DNA of 38,254 nucleotides. It comes from Candidatus Omnitrophota bacterium (GTDB lineage: Bacteria > Ratteibacteria > UBA8468 > MWAK01). Where the stretch lies: the NCBI GenBank assembly GCA_043797665.1, contig JAZDPL010000033.1:1-38254 (forward strand), read 5' to 3'. Each line of letters opens with the position of its first letter. The stretch's first letter is position 1. Under the pieces are notes generated by a model. It had not been told where the DNA came from and did not search any database. It worked only from the letters and a program-made list of their open reading frames with translations. This document shows, one piece after another, positions 10,539 to 19,406 of this stretch. The position numbers were made by a program, and so were the translations under genes.

Positions 10539-12191
10539 TTATTTAAAGTATTTGTCGGTAAAGGACAACTCTTTCTTTGCCTTTGCGGACTCTTCTGCTT
10601 TGGCGATGATACCGATTACCCGGGCGGAATCTTCAGGCTGACAGGCTAACGGCACACCATAATGGAGGTGGTCTGATAGGTTGCGGTAGAACGCGGGCCA
10701 GTCAGAAGGTTCCACCGGAACTTTTGTTATTACCGGCTTACCGTCCAAAATGGTGGTCAAGTCCGCTTCCTGGTCAAAGACCGTGGGAAAATGGATGGCG
10801 CCCTGGCTGCCTAATATCCGCCAGCCCGGGCCGGCTGCCGCGTAGATGCTGGAGTTGGCAAAGTTGGCAACCGCGCCGTTTTGGAACCGCAGGATTACCC
10901 GGAAGTGGTCCTCGTTGGTTATCATATACCATACCCGCTTCTGACTGTAACCGCTCACCGAAACGACCTTGTCCTTGACAACCTGGAGCATCCAGTCAAA
11001 ACAATGCGCACCCCAGTCGTAGAGGATACCGCCGGAAATATTTTTGTCCGACCGCCACCAGGTGCCGGGATAGGCATAATTACCAAAATCAATCTGTGTC
11101 TCAAAAACTTCTCCGATGATACCTGAATCCACCAATTTTTGGGCGGTCAGAAAGTGATGGTCCCAGCGCCGGCTCTGGTATACGGTAAGCAAAACCTTTT
11201 TTTTGTCAGCGGTATTGATTAACTTATCTGCCTCCTCCGGCTTGATACAGAAAGGCTTCTCCACCACCGCGCCCCGGCCGGACTCAAGTATCTTAAGAGT
11301 AGATTCAAAATGGATGTTGTGGGGCAGGATTACCACCACCACCCCTACCCGGTCATCCTTGAGCATCTTATCCAGATGGTTATAGGTTTTTATCCCCGGG
11401 AATTCCGTTTCCGCCTGTTTCAAGCGGTCCGGGTCTAAATCACAGGCAGTCAAAACCTTAAAACCGCCGATGGAGTGCATTATGTCGCCATGGTGTTTCC
11501 CCATGTTAAAGGCGCCGCCGTAACCCAAGAGTCCTACGCCAACCGGCTTACCCTCTTTTTGCCAGCGTCCGGACGCGTAGAGCAGTCCGCGTACCGCCAG
11601 AATTTTAAAGGAGGTATTGCGAAAAGCCCGCTCGTCATGACCCATCGCGGTATAAAAAACCCTTCCTTTCCCGAAAGTCCTGGTGTAAGCCATCGGCTGA
11701 GATTTCCCCTGCCAGGGACTGGTTAAAAATATATCCAGCGCTTTCTCTTTCAACTCTAAAAGATAGAACTCATCGGTAACATTGAATTTCGGCAGGCGTC
11801 CGGCTAAAGTATGGGACCTATTGCTGACCTCCACCGGAAAGTTTGGAGTACCCGGTCCGTGAGTCACGAATTTACTTCCCAACATGGAAAGATACCCGGC
11901 ATTATCGGTAAAAGAATCGCTGGCACAGTGGAAGCCGACCAGCCCGCCGCCATTCTTAACGAAAGAGAGCAGATTCTTCTCTTCTTCACTGCCTAATTTA
12001 CCACCCTGGGTATAGAGAGCGATTACGTCGTACCCGGAAAGGCTCCGGCGGAATGCGGTATCCCTTTCCGCCAGCGTGCATTTAGCCAGACCCCCGTATT
12101 CGTAAGTCTCCTTCAAAATCGAACCGCAGGTCCCAAAAGGGTGGTATCCCCCTCCGGTCACAACCAGAACCTTCAATGGTTTTTCCGCCAT
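10539..12191 (-). CDS. ThuA-like domain fused to Gfo/Idh/MocA oxidoreductase
   Basis: N-half 'GGGLVGFHCASD...DEFY...GKGRVFYTAMGH' (ThuA); C-half 'VGLLGYG...VEKPF...GGILYDWGAHCFD'. Confidence 0.88.
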   Translation of the reverse strand: MAEKPLKVLVVTGGGYHPFGTCGSILKETYEYGGLAKCTLAERDTAFRRSLSGYDVIALYTQGGKLGSEEEKNLLSFVKNGGGLVGFHCASDSFTDNAGYLSMLGSKFVTHGPGTPNFPVEVSNRSHTLAGRLPKFNVTDEFYLLELKEKALDIFLTSPWQGKSQPMAYTRTFGKGRVFYTAMGHDERAFRNTSFKILAVRGLLYASGRWQKEGKPVGVGLLGYGGAFNMGKHHGDIMHSIGGFKVLTACDLDPDRLKQAETEFPGIKTYNHLDKMLKDDRVGVVVVILPHNIHFESTLKILESGRGAVVEKPFCIKPEEADKLINTADKKKVLLTVYQSRRWDHHFLTAQKLVDSGIIGEVFETQIDFGNYAYPGTWWRSDKNISGGILYDWGAHCFDWMLQVVKDKVVSVSGYSQKRVWYMITNEDHFRVILRFQNGAVANFANSSIYAAAGPGWRILGSQGAIHFPTVFDQEADLTTILDGKPVITKVPVEPSDWPAFYRNLSDHLHYGVPLACQPEDSARVIGIIAKAEESAKAKKELSFTDKYFK

Positions 12192-12194
12192 TTT

Positions 12195-12539
12195 TCACTC
12201 CTCCTTAATTTTCTGACTGGGCGCATCAGCCCAAACCTTTTCCAAGCCGTAAAACTCCCGTGCCTGAGGCAAAAATATATGCAGGATAAATCCGCCGTAA
12301 TCCAACAGAACCCAGGAACTTGCCGGAAACCCTTCTTTCCCCGAACACCGCCCGGGGAGTTCGTTAAACACCTCTTCTGCAATCGCCTTAACCTGGGGAA
12401 TACTCTCGCCGGTACAGATGATAAAGTAATTGGTAAAAGCCGCCATCCGGGAAAGTTGTAAGACTAAGATATCCTTAGCGTGCTTCTCCTGCAGAATACT
12501 TATCAGTTCCGCAATTCTCTTCGGTATCCTGATTTCCAC
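12195..12539 (-). CDS. rsfS: Ribosome silencing factor RsfS
   Basis: 'KHAKDILVL...YFIICTGES..QVKAIA...WVLLDYGGFILHIF....REFYGLEKVW'; start uncertain (GTG 12539), the longer ORF runs into a MITE. Confidence 0.88.
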   Translation of the reverse strand: MEIRIPKRIAELISILQEKHAKDILVLQLSRMAAFTNYFIICTGESIPQVKAIAEEVFNELPGRCSGKEGFPASSWVLLDYGGFILHIFLPQAREFYGLEKVWADAPSQKIKEE

Positions 12540-12568
12540 CTCCCCTTCAAAAAAAGTTCCGTTCTTAA

Positions 12569-12871
12569 GGGGTTGCCGAACAATAAAGTTGACTATTTGG
12601 AGTCCCGGATTTGAGGTTAGTGCAAGGCGCGACACGGGTCCCCTTGTCATAGGATTGACAAGGGAAGGCTATGTGCCCACTGTGGCACATAACCGAGAAG
12701 CAACGACGCAATGACCCAAAGATGGGACTCTCCGAAGGACCAGGTCGCTTTTGGGCTGCGACTGCGTCGCTCATTGCTTCCGTACCACAGGGGGTACGCA
12801 AGCTTCTTCGCTCCTTGTCTCGCTCCAAAATCACCTCTGGCAAATAGTTAACTTTATTGTTCGGCAACCCC
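12569..12871. mobile_element. 303-bp MITE-like element, copy 1
   Basis: 31-bp terminal inverted repeats (1 mismatch), TAA direct repeat on both flanks, inverted near-identical copy at 14880. Confidence 0.85.
12634..12664 (+). repeat. 31-nt hairpin mini-repeat inside MITE copy 1
   Basis: ACGGGTC-CCCTTGTCA-TAGGAT-TGACAAGGG; same architecture as the copies at 24256, 24278, 28898 and 29010. Confidence 0.75.
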
Positions 12872-12959
12872 TAAACACATATTATACCCCCACCCCAAAA
12901 TCGTGTAAAGTTTTTTGAAAATTTGATTTAGCCGGGCCGGTTGTTCTATAATAAACCTC

Positions 12960-14000
12960 ATGGAGATGGGCCTGGTGCCGGCGTTACTCTTTCTTCTGGC
13001 TGCCTTCCTGATTATCTTTAAAGGAGCAGGCTGGTTCGTAATCTCCTCGGTCAGAATTGCGGAAGGGTTCCATATCCCCAAAGTACTGGTTGGCGCCACC
13101 ATCGTCAGTCTGGTCACGGTCTCTCCGGAACTTCTGGTCTCGGCAATCGCCGCCTTTCTGGGCAAGACCGAGATGGCCATCGGCAATGCGGTCGGTTCAC
13201 CCATTAACAACATCGGATTTACCTTTGCGGCCTGCGTCTGCTTCACCTTCATACCGGTGGAAGGAACGGTGGTCCGGAACCAGGGACTGATGATGCTTGG
13301 CTCTGTCATCCTCCTCTTTCTCCTGGGTCTGCGGGGATATATCGACCGGCCCGCCGCAATTTTTTTTCTGACCCTCGGCTGCCTCTATCTCTGGTACTCA
13401 GTTAGAATGGCACGCTCCGCAATAAAGCTCTGGAACGAGAACAATAAGGGGAAAACTGAAAACCGGCAAACAGTAGGGGGCGGATTTATCCGCCCCGCGG
13501 GCGTCATAAATGTCGCCCCTACAATACATAAAAAAGGAAACCCCTATGCAGTCAAGTTAAGAAAAGACCTCGGTCTCTTCTTCCTGGGTGCGGCTCTGGT
13601 AGTGGCCGGCAGCAGGCTCTTGATTCTTTCCGGGACCGCCTTGGCAAAATGCTTCGGCGTCTCGGAAACGGTCATCGGCCTTACCCTGGTTTCCTTCGGC
13701 ACCTCTCTGCCGGAATTCTTCACCTCCATCACCGCGCTCACCAAAGGACACAGGGAAATTTCCGCCGGCAATATCATCGGCGCCAATATCCTGGATATCG
13801 TCTGCGTTCTGGGCGTCGCCGGCTTGATTCGGCCTTTGCCGATAAACATTCAAACCCAGTTCTTTGCCCTGCCTATCCTCATTATCCTATCCAGCCTCTT
13901 TCTGATCTTTGGCTCATTTCACAAAGGATTTGTACGCTGGGAGGGCGCGGTTCTTCTTTCTGTCTTTGCCTTTTACTGTTTTGTCCTCTTTACCAGTTAG
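12960..14000 (+). CDS. Calcium/sodium antiporter (YrbG-like, CaCA family)
   Basis: Two alpha repeats 'TVSPEL...GNAVGS' and 'GTSLPE...GNIIGANI'; about 10 hydrophobic segments. Confidence 0.92.
   Translation: MEMGLVPALLFLLAAFLIIFKGAGWFVISSVRIAEGFHIPKVLVGATIVSLVTVSPELLVSAIAAFLGKTEMAIGNAVGSPINNIGFTFAACVCFTFIPVEGTVVRNQGLMMLGSVILLFLLGLRGYIDRPAAIFFLTLGCLYLWYSVRMARSAIKLWNENNKGKTENRQTVGGGFIRPAGVINVAPTIHKKGNPYAVKLRKDLGLFFLGAALVVAGSRLLILSGTALAKCFGVSETVIGLTLVSFGTSLPEFFTSITALTKGHREISAGNIIGANILDIVCVLGVAGLIRPLPINIQTQFFALPILIILSSLFLIFGSFHKGFVRWEGAVLLSVFAFYCFVLFTS
13473..13522. repeat. GTAG-type REP doublet (family A), in frame inside the antiporter CDS
   Basis: GTAGGGGGCGGATTTATCCGCCCC-GC-GGGCGTCATAAATGTCGCCCCTAC; same length and layout as the 10465 copy. 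Confidence 0.8.
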
Positions 14001-14859
14001 GGTGAACCAAGATTGAGCCACAAGATTCGTTTATCCTTGCGGAACCAGGTCATCTGGCGTTTGGCGTAATTTCTGATTTTCTGTTTGATTAATTCCTTTG
14101 TCCGGTCCAGGGACATCTCTCCGGACAGGTAATCCGCGGTCTCGCGGTAACCGATCGCTTCAAACGCCGGCAGGGAAAAATCGTATTTCTGCTTTAAATT
14201 TTCCACTTCTTCCGGAAATCCGGAAGCAAAAATCTGCTCTACCCTTTCCTCAATTCTGCGGTATAGTTCTTCTCTTGTCCGGTAGATAGCTAAAAGGTAA
14301 AAAGGGTACGGAAAGAGCGCGTTATCCCGCTGAAGAAGTGAAATGGGTTTGCCGGTCGCGTAATAGACCTCCAAAGCCCGGCGCAGACGGTAAGTATCGT
14401 TGGGGTGGATACGCCGGGCAGATTCAGGGTCATACTGAGTTACATAACGGTACATCTCTTCCGGTGTCAAACTCTCTAATTCCTTGCGTATCTTCATTAT
14501 CTCCGCCTGGTCCGGAACCTCAAAGAACCATTCCAGAACCGCCTTGATATACAAACCACTCCCTCCCACTATTAAAGGTACATTTCCCCGGCCCATTATC
14601 TCCGGGATTAAAGAACGGACTTTCCTGGCATACCAGTGGGCGTTGGCTTTTTCCTCCGGAGAGAGGCAATCAATAAGATGGTGGGGAACTTCCTGGCGTT
14701 CCCGAAGGGTAGGTTTGGCGGTCCCGATGTCAAGACCCCGGTAAAACTGAAAGGCATCCGCGGAAATAATCTCCGCACCGACCTTTTGAGCCAGCAACAA
14801 AGCCAATTCGCTCTTTCCGGTTCCGGTCGGACCGCAAAGAATCAGGCAGGCCGGTTCAT
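13997..14859 (-). CDS. miaA: tRNA dimethylallyltransferase (start ambiguous)
   Basis: 'GPTGTGKS', 'ISADAFQFYRGLDIGTAKP', 'VGGSGLY', 'RLRRALE', 'YAKRQMTWF'; the ORF-track N-terminus is MITE-derived, and ATG 14859 is out of frame with the body. Confidence 0.93.
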
Positions 14860-14879
14860 CCTTAGGGATTGACCCCTTA

Positions 14880-15182
14880 GGGGCTGTCGCAGAATAAAGT
14901 TGACTATTTGCCAGAGGTGATTTTGGAGCAAGACAAGGAGCGAAGAAGCTGGCGTACCCCCTGTGGTACGGAAGCAATGAGCGACGCAGTCGCAGCCCAA
15001 AAGCGACCTGGCCCTTTGGGGAATCCCATCTTTGGGTCATTGCGGCGTTGCTCCTCGATTATGTGCCACAGTGGGCACAAAACCTTCCCTTGTCAATCCT
15101 ATGACAAGGGGACCCGTGTCGCGCCTTGCACTGACCCCAAATTTGGGATTCCAAATAGTCAACTTTATTCTGCGACAGCCCC
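14880..15182. mobile_element. 303-bp MITE-like element, copy 2 (inverted relative to copy 1)
   Basis: Perfect 31-bp TIR GGGGCTGTCGCAGAATAAAGTTGACTATTTG; TTA on both flanks, the right one being the thyA stop codon. Confidence 0.85.
15087..15117 (-). repeat. 31-nt hairpin mini-repeat inside MITE copy 2
   Basis: Reverse complement identical to 12634-12664. Confidence 0.75.
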
Positions 15183-16046
15183 TTACTCCATTTCCAGCAG
15201 TTTCTTTCCGTATTCAATTCCCGCAATCACTACCGGGTCATCGCTCCGCAAGGTTCTTCCCTTGCCGGATTCCGGGCTGAATAAGACGCGTTCCCGGTAC
15301 AGTTTTAAGAAACGGTTTTCAAAATCCTTAAAACTGGCTCCGTAGATGTGGTAGGAATCGGTAAAGTCAACATAAGAACCGACCGAGACCTTCTGACCTA
15401 TTTTTTTTGTTAATCTTCCCGCTAATTCCTTTTGCAGTTCCGTAAACCCGTAGATATTCATATAAGCGGCCCGGTAGGCATCCCGGCTGCGCCAGTGGGT
15501 ATGCATCTGAAGGGTATACCCCTCCCCTTCCGGAAAGAGCCGGCACCAGACCCGCTGGAGACAGGGTGGGTCATAGGTACCCGGGTCGACCAACGGCATC
15601 CAGGTAATCGCCTGTGCCCGCCTGCTGTAAGGCTTCTCGGCCAATTTCCGTACGATGTAATCCATCTGATTAACTGACTTAAAAGGTACTTTATCCGGGT
15701 CCCGCTGATTCAGGTCGTCGGTAACCAGATAATTAGTCAGACGCTGGTGGTAGGTATAAGTCCACTTGCCTTCTTCCGGAGCGATCCAGTGGTCGTGGAC
15801 GCCGATGACTACCTCCTGGCGGTACTTCTCCAGATCCTCAATCCCGCCGCAAAAACCTAAGTGTATTCTGGGCTCGGCAAAAGGCTGGCGAACCACCATT
15901 ACCATCCCGGCGTCTTTGGCCGGCGGGTCAGCCGGACCATCGTACTCGGTCTTTATCCGGGTTCCTCTTTCCCACAGGGAAATAAGGCTCTTCTCCCAGA
16001 CCTCGGCAATCCCCTCGGCCTCTACAAAAAGAATCGGTGCTCCCAT
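15183..16046 (-). CDS. thyA: Thymidylate synthase, divergent archaeal-like ThyA
   Basis: 'YTYHQRL', 'SRRA', 'PPCLQ' catalytic Cys, 'WRSRD', 'MN', 'SYHIY'. Confidence 0.8.
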   Translation of the reverse strand: MGAPILFVEAEGIAEVWEKSLISLWERGTRIKTEYDGPADPPAKDAGMVMVVRQPFAEPRIHLGFCGGIEDLEKYRQEVVIGVHDHWIAPEEGKWTYTYHQRLTNYLVTDDLNQRDPDKVPFKSVNQMDYIVRKLAEKPYSRRAQAITWMPLVDPGTYDPPCLQRVWCRLFPEGEGYTLQMHTHWRSRDAYRAAYMNIYGFTELQKELAGRLTKKIGQKVSVGSYVDFTDSYHIYGASFKDFENRFLKLYRERVLFSPESGKGRTLRSDDPVVIAGIEYGKKLLEME

Positions 16047-16065
16047 ACTCTTTTTTGGTTAATCC

Positions 16066-16140
16066 GTCATTCCTGCGGATTGTAAGCAGGAATCCATTGT
16101 CTCATTCCTTGGATTCCCGCTAAAGGCTTGCGGGAATGAC
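16066..16140. repeat. REP-like family B (GTCATTCC...GGAATC / GGATTCCCG...CGGGAATGAC)
   Basis: Two inverted palindromic units; also at 23849 and 32192. Confidence 0.8.
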
Positions 16141-16177
16141 TTTAGAAGAAATAATATGATACCATAATATTAAAAAA

Positions 16178-17050
16178 ATGAGGAAAAAGAAATTGGCGAT
16201 TAAAATCCTGACTTATTCAGGGTACGCGGTATTTATTTTGTTCTCGCTGGCAGTTATCTACGGCTGGCGGGGAATAATGCCGGTCAGACTCCCCACCCTA
16301 TTAACTCCTAAAAACCTGGGCTTGCCTTACGAAGACATTACCTTCTCGGCTCCCGGAGGACCACTACTCAAGGGTTGGCTTATCCTTTCCCAGAAAGGAA
16401 AAGGGACTATCGTCTGCCTCCACGGATATCCTTCCAACCGCAGTGACATTCTACCGGCGGTCTCCTTTCTCTATCCGGACTACAACCTGTTCCTCTTTGA
16501 CTTCCGGGCGATGGGTGAAAGCGGCGGCAAAATCACTACCCTGGGTTTCCGGGAGGATGCGGATGTCCTGGCGGCTATCTCGTACCTCCGGCAGAAACCG
16601 GAGACTAAAAATAAGCCGATTGGTATCTGGGGTTACTCAATGGGAGGCGCAATCGCCATTTTGTCTGCCGGTAAGACCCGGGAAGTGAAGGCGGTCGTAA
16701 CCGACAGCGCCTTTGCGACCCTCCCGGAGATGATTGAAATCTACTATGGCCAATTGAAATGGTTGCGGAAACCACTGACCTTTATCTCCTGTATCCTGGT
16801 GCGGGCCTTCTTCAAAATGAACCCCTCGGAAGTCAACCCGGAAAAGAAGATTTCTCAAATCCGATGCCCCATCCTACTGATTCATGCGGTGGGCGACCCC
16901 CTGGTTCCGGTGGAGCATGCGAAACGGCTCTACCGGTCAGCAAAAAACCCCAAAGAACTTCTCCTTTTAGGAACCGACAGCCACGGTGCGGTCGGCGAAG
17001 GCGACTACCAAACCCGAATCAATCGATTCTACCATAAACATCTTCACTGA
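16178..17050 (+). CDS. Alpha/beta hydrolase with N-terminal membrane anchor
   Basis: 'CLHG', 'FDFRAMGES', 'GYSMGG' nucleophile, 'GDPLVP', 'DSH'. Confidence 0.9.
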   Translation: MRKKKLAIKILTYSGYAVFILFSLAVIYGWRGIMPVRLPTLLTPKNLGLPYEDITFSAPGGPLLKGWLILSQKGKGTIVCLHGYPSNRSDILPAVSFLYPDYNLFLFDFRAMGESGGKITTLGFREDADVLAAISYLRQKPETKNKPIGIWGYSMGGAIAILSAGKTREVKAVVTDSAFATLPEMIEIYYGQLKWLRKPLTFISCILVRAFFKMNPSEVNPEKKISQIRCPILLIHAVGDPLVPVEHAKRLYRSAKNPKELLLLGTDSHGAVGEGDYQTRINRFYHKHLH

Positions 17051-17076
17051 TTTATCCCCTCTTGTGGTAAAATATA

Positions 17077-17201
17077 GTAAATATTCGGTGAACGCCGTTA
17101 GCTAAAGTAGGGGCTTGATTCATCAAGCCCGCTTATTCGGGTCGGATGAATCCGACCCCTACATTTTTCGCCTAACATAACGGGGTTCACCGAATATTTA
17201 C
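17077..17201. mobile_element. 125-bp element bounded by 24-bp inverted repeats, enclosing a family A REP doublet (17107-17162)
   Basis: GTAAATATTCGGTGAACGCCGTTA at 17077 pairs with TAACGGGGTTCACCGAATATTTAC at 17178 (1 mismatch). Confidence 0.6.
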
Positions 17202-17222
17202 GGTTCGGGGCGTAGCTCAGCC
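17198..17222 (+). repeat. Direct repeat of the tRNA-Pro leader and 5' end
   Basis: TTACG(G/T)TTCGGGGCGTAGCTCAGCC at 17198 and 17401, 24/25 identical. Confidence 0.85.
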
Positions 17223-17408
17223 AGATGAAATCTGGCTGGGGGATGAGAGAAGGGGAAGCCCCTTCTCGTAGTAGGTGTCGGGGAGAGAAAATTAAGAGAG
17301 GGACACCCCCTCTCTTAAAAGCGGAGCCCCGAAACTCGGCGCGGTGTGATAAATAAGGATTGCCGAAAGCAACAAGGTATAATAGAATAGATACGGATTG
17401 TTACGTTT

Positions 17409-17483
<75 letters not shown>

Positions 17484-17494
17484 CGGAAGGTATT

Positions 17495-18973
17495 ATGGGA
17501 GAAACACGGGTTAATCTAAAACACTTGCTTGAGGATATCCGGGACAGTTACCCCTGTCCCCAGGAGGAAGCCATTATTACCGAACTCATCGCCAATGCGC
17601 TGGATTCCGGCGCTTCGGAAATCCGGTTTTTTACTGTTTTAGAGCAGAAAACTATGAGTGTCGTGGATAACGGAGAAGGTATGACCCGGCGAAACCTGAA
17701 AGAATATCACGACATTGCGGCCACCACAAAGGTAAGAGGCAAAGGCATAGGATTTGCCGGTGTGGGGGTAAAATTAGCGCTCCTGGTCGCGGAAAAAGTT
17801 GTTACGGAAACCCAAAGAGGTTCTTTTCATAAGGCAACCCAGTGGAGATTAGAAGGTGTCCAACGTGCTCCCTGGGAATATGTGGAACCAGACAAAATGA
17901 TTGGGTCAACCAATGGCACCGCCATTTCTATCGTACTTCATAATAACAACTCGGAATTACTTAAGGACAGTTTTATTGAGCGGGTAATCCACACCCACTT
18001 TTATCCGGTTCTGGATAAGGAATTTATGGACAGAATCCTCAGGTATGTGTACAAAAAAGGAGTAACCTTTTTTGTCAATGACCGGAAGGTCGCACTACTT
18101 GAAACTGAAAAACCGGCCCAAAGAAAATCTTTTTTAGTTAAATTTGGGAAACACGGTAGAGTGGTTGGTATCGGATTTCTTGACCGGCACGAAGAAGAAT
18201 TCTCCGAAGAACAAAGAGGTATGGCTATATCTACCTACGGGAAAGTTATTAAACGGGGCTGGGATTGGATCGGAGTTACTCCACAAAATCCAAGGTGTTT
18301 GACCGGGATTGTGGAAATACCCCAACTTTCCGAAATTTTAACTACCAACAAAGCGGATTTTCTCAAGGATATAACAAGTCTGAAAAAATATTACCGTTAC
18401 CGGAAGGCTATCCAGAGCATAGTGGAATCAATTCTTCAGGAATTCGGAGAAACCAATATTTTCCTGCGAAAATCAGAAAAGAATCTCAAGCCTTTAGAAA
18501 AAGAAATTGAACAGGTGTTAGGAAATATGCTCAATGATTTCCCGGAATTGAGCCCTTTACTGGGTAGACGGGAAAGCGGCGAATCAGCAGGCGGTGTTGT
18601 CCCGGATTCAGAAAATACGCCCGTCGGAACGCCCCTGCCCGAATCTGAACTGCCGGAGGAAAAAATTCCCGAACAACAAATTGAATCAGCCGAACCGGAC
18701 CGTAAACACGAAGTCAGACGAAGACGAGCCGGCCTGACCATAAGTTTCGAGAACGCTCCTGAGCGTAAAGAATTAGGCTGGCTGGTAGAAAATACTATTC
18801 TGATAAATGAAGGACACCCCGCCTACCGGAGGGCGATGAACAGTGCCGCAGAGAATTACCACTTACTTCTTTCGGTTGCCTGGGTCCTCTCGGGGTATCT
18901 GGAAGGCGAGAAGTCTCCCCAGGATTTTATAAACCGGTTCCTTTCCAGTTGGGGAAGTACAGATGAAAGATAA
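17495..18973 (+). CDS. GHKL (Hsp90/MORC-like) ATPase
   Basis: 'ELIANALDS', 'DNGEGM', 'GIGFAGVG', 'NGT' Bergerat motifs; 'LTTNKADF' S5-like region; C-terminal 'INEGHP'; start moved to ATG 17495. Confidence 0.85.
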   Translation: MGETRVNLKHLLEDIRDSYPCPQEEAIITELIANALDSGASEIRFFTVLEQKTMSVVDNGEGMTRRNLKEYHDIAATTKVRGKGIGFAGVGVKLALLVAEKVVTETQRGSFHKATQWRLEGVQRAPWEYVEPDKMIGSTNGTAISIVLHNNNSELLKDSFIERVIHTHFYPVLDKEFMDRILRYVYKKGVTFFVNDRKVALLETEKPAQRKSFLVKFGKHGRVVGIGFLDRHEEEFSEEQRGMAISTYGKVIKRGWDWIGVTPQNPRCLTGIVEIPQLSEILTTNKADFLKDITSLKKYYRYRKAIQSIVESILQEFGETNIFLRKSEKNLKPLEKEIEQVLGNMLNDFPELSPLLGRRESGESAGGVVPDSENTPVGTPLPESELPEEKIPEQQIESAEPDRKHEVRRRRAGLTISFENAPERKELGWLVENTILINEGHPAYRRAMNSAAENYHLLLSVAWVLSGYLEGEKSPQDFINRFLSSWGSTDER

Positions 18974-19406
18974 ACTGCCTCTGAAAATATTAATACAAAA
19001 AGACCGGTTTAAGGCGGCAACCTCGCTGGAAATCCTGGGCGGCGAATCAAGAAATATTAGACAGGATTTAGCCTATATAGAAAAGGATTACTCGCTTCTG
19101 ATAAAATCTATCCAGGAGGTTATCGCGGTAGCTACACAGAACAGAAGAGTTGACCCCCGTCTCTATTGGCTGGTGGGGGACAATATCGTTAGATTTCTGG
19201 AACGAATTGATAACCTTGGATTTTATCTGGTACAACAAACCAGCGTTCTTGCCCGGAGCGTTGCAACTTCAGAAAGTTTTCTGCAAACGCTCATTTCTTT
19301 TCGGCTGCGGTTTTCAAATATTTTCCTAGTCAACCCCGCAATTCCCTGGACAAAATATAAGGAGAATAAAGTTCCGGTTCCGGAAAAGGTGACTTCAAAT
19401 GGCTAA
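18963..19406 (+). CDS. Hypothetical protein resembling the DUF1016/YhcG N-terminal helical domain
   Basis: Overlaps both neighbours; 'LYWLVGDNI...LARSV..SESFLQTLISFRLRF...IPWTKY' parallels LYWxIG...S..NL..M..FY...LSWSHY. Confidence 0.55.
   Translation: MKDKLPLKILIQKDRFKAATSLEILGGESRNIRQDLAYIEKDYSLLIKSIQEVIAVATQNRRVDPRLYWLVGDNIVRFLERIDNLGFYLVQQTSVLARSVATSESFLQTLISFRLRFSNIFLVNPAIPWTKYKENKVPVPEKVTSNG

Noticed and set aside
12565..12867. 100-aa ORF and its paralogous ORF at 14908-15345, suggesting a duplicated small gene
   Set aside because: Both lie in the 303-bp MITE; no transposase or other protein motifs; the similarity is explained by the DNA repeat
12569..15182. Composite transposon or invertible segment carrying antiporter + miaA between inverted MITEs
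   Set aside because: Each copy has its own matched TIR variant and flanking triplet, which favours two independent insertions; a crossover would have mixed the end types
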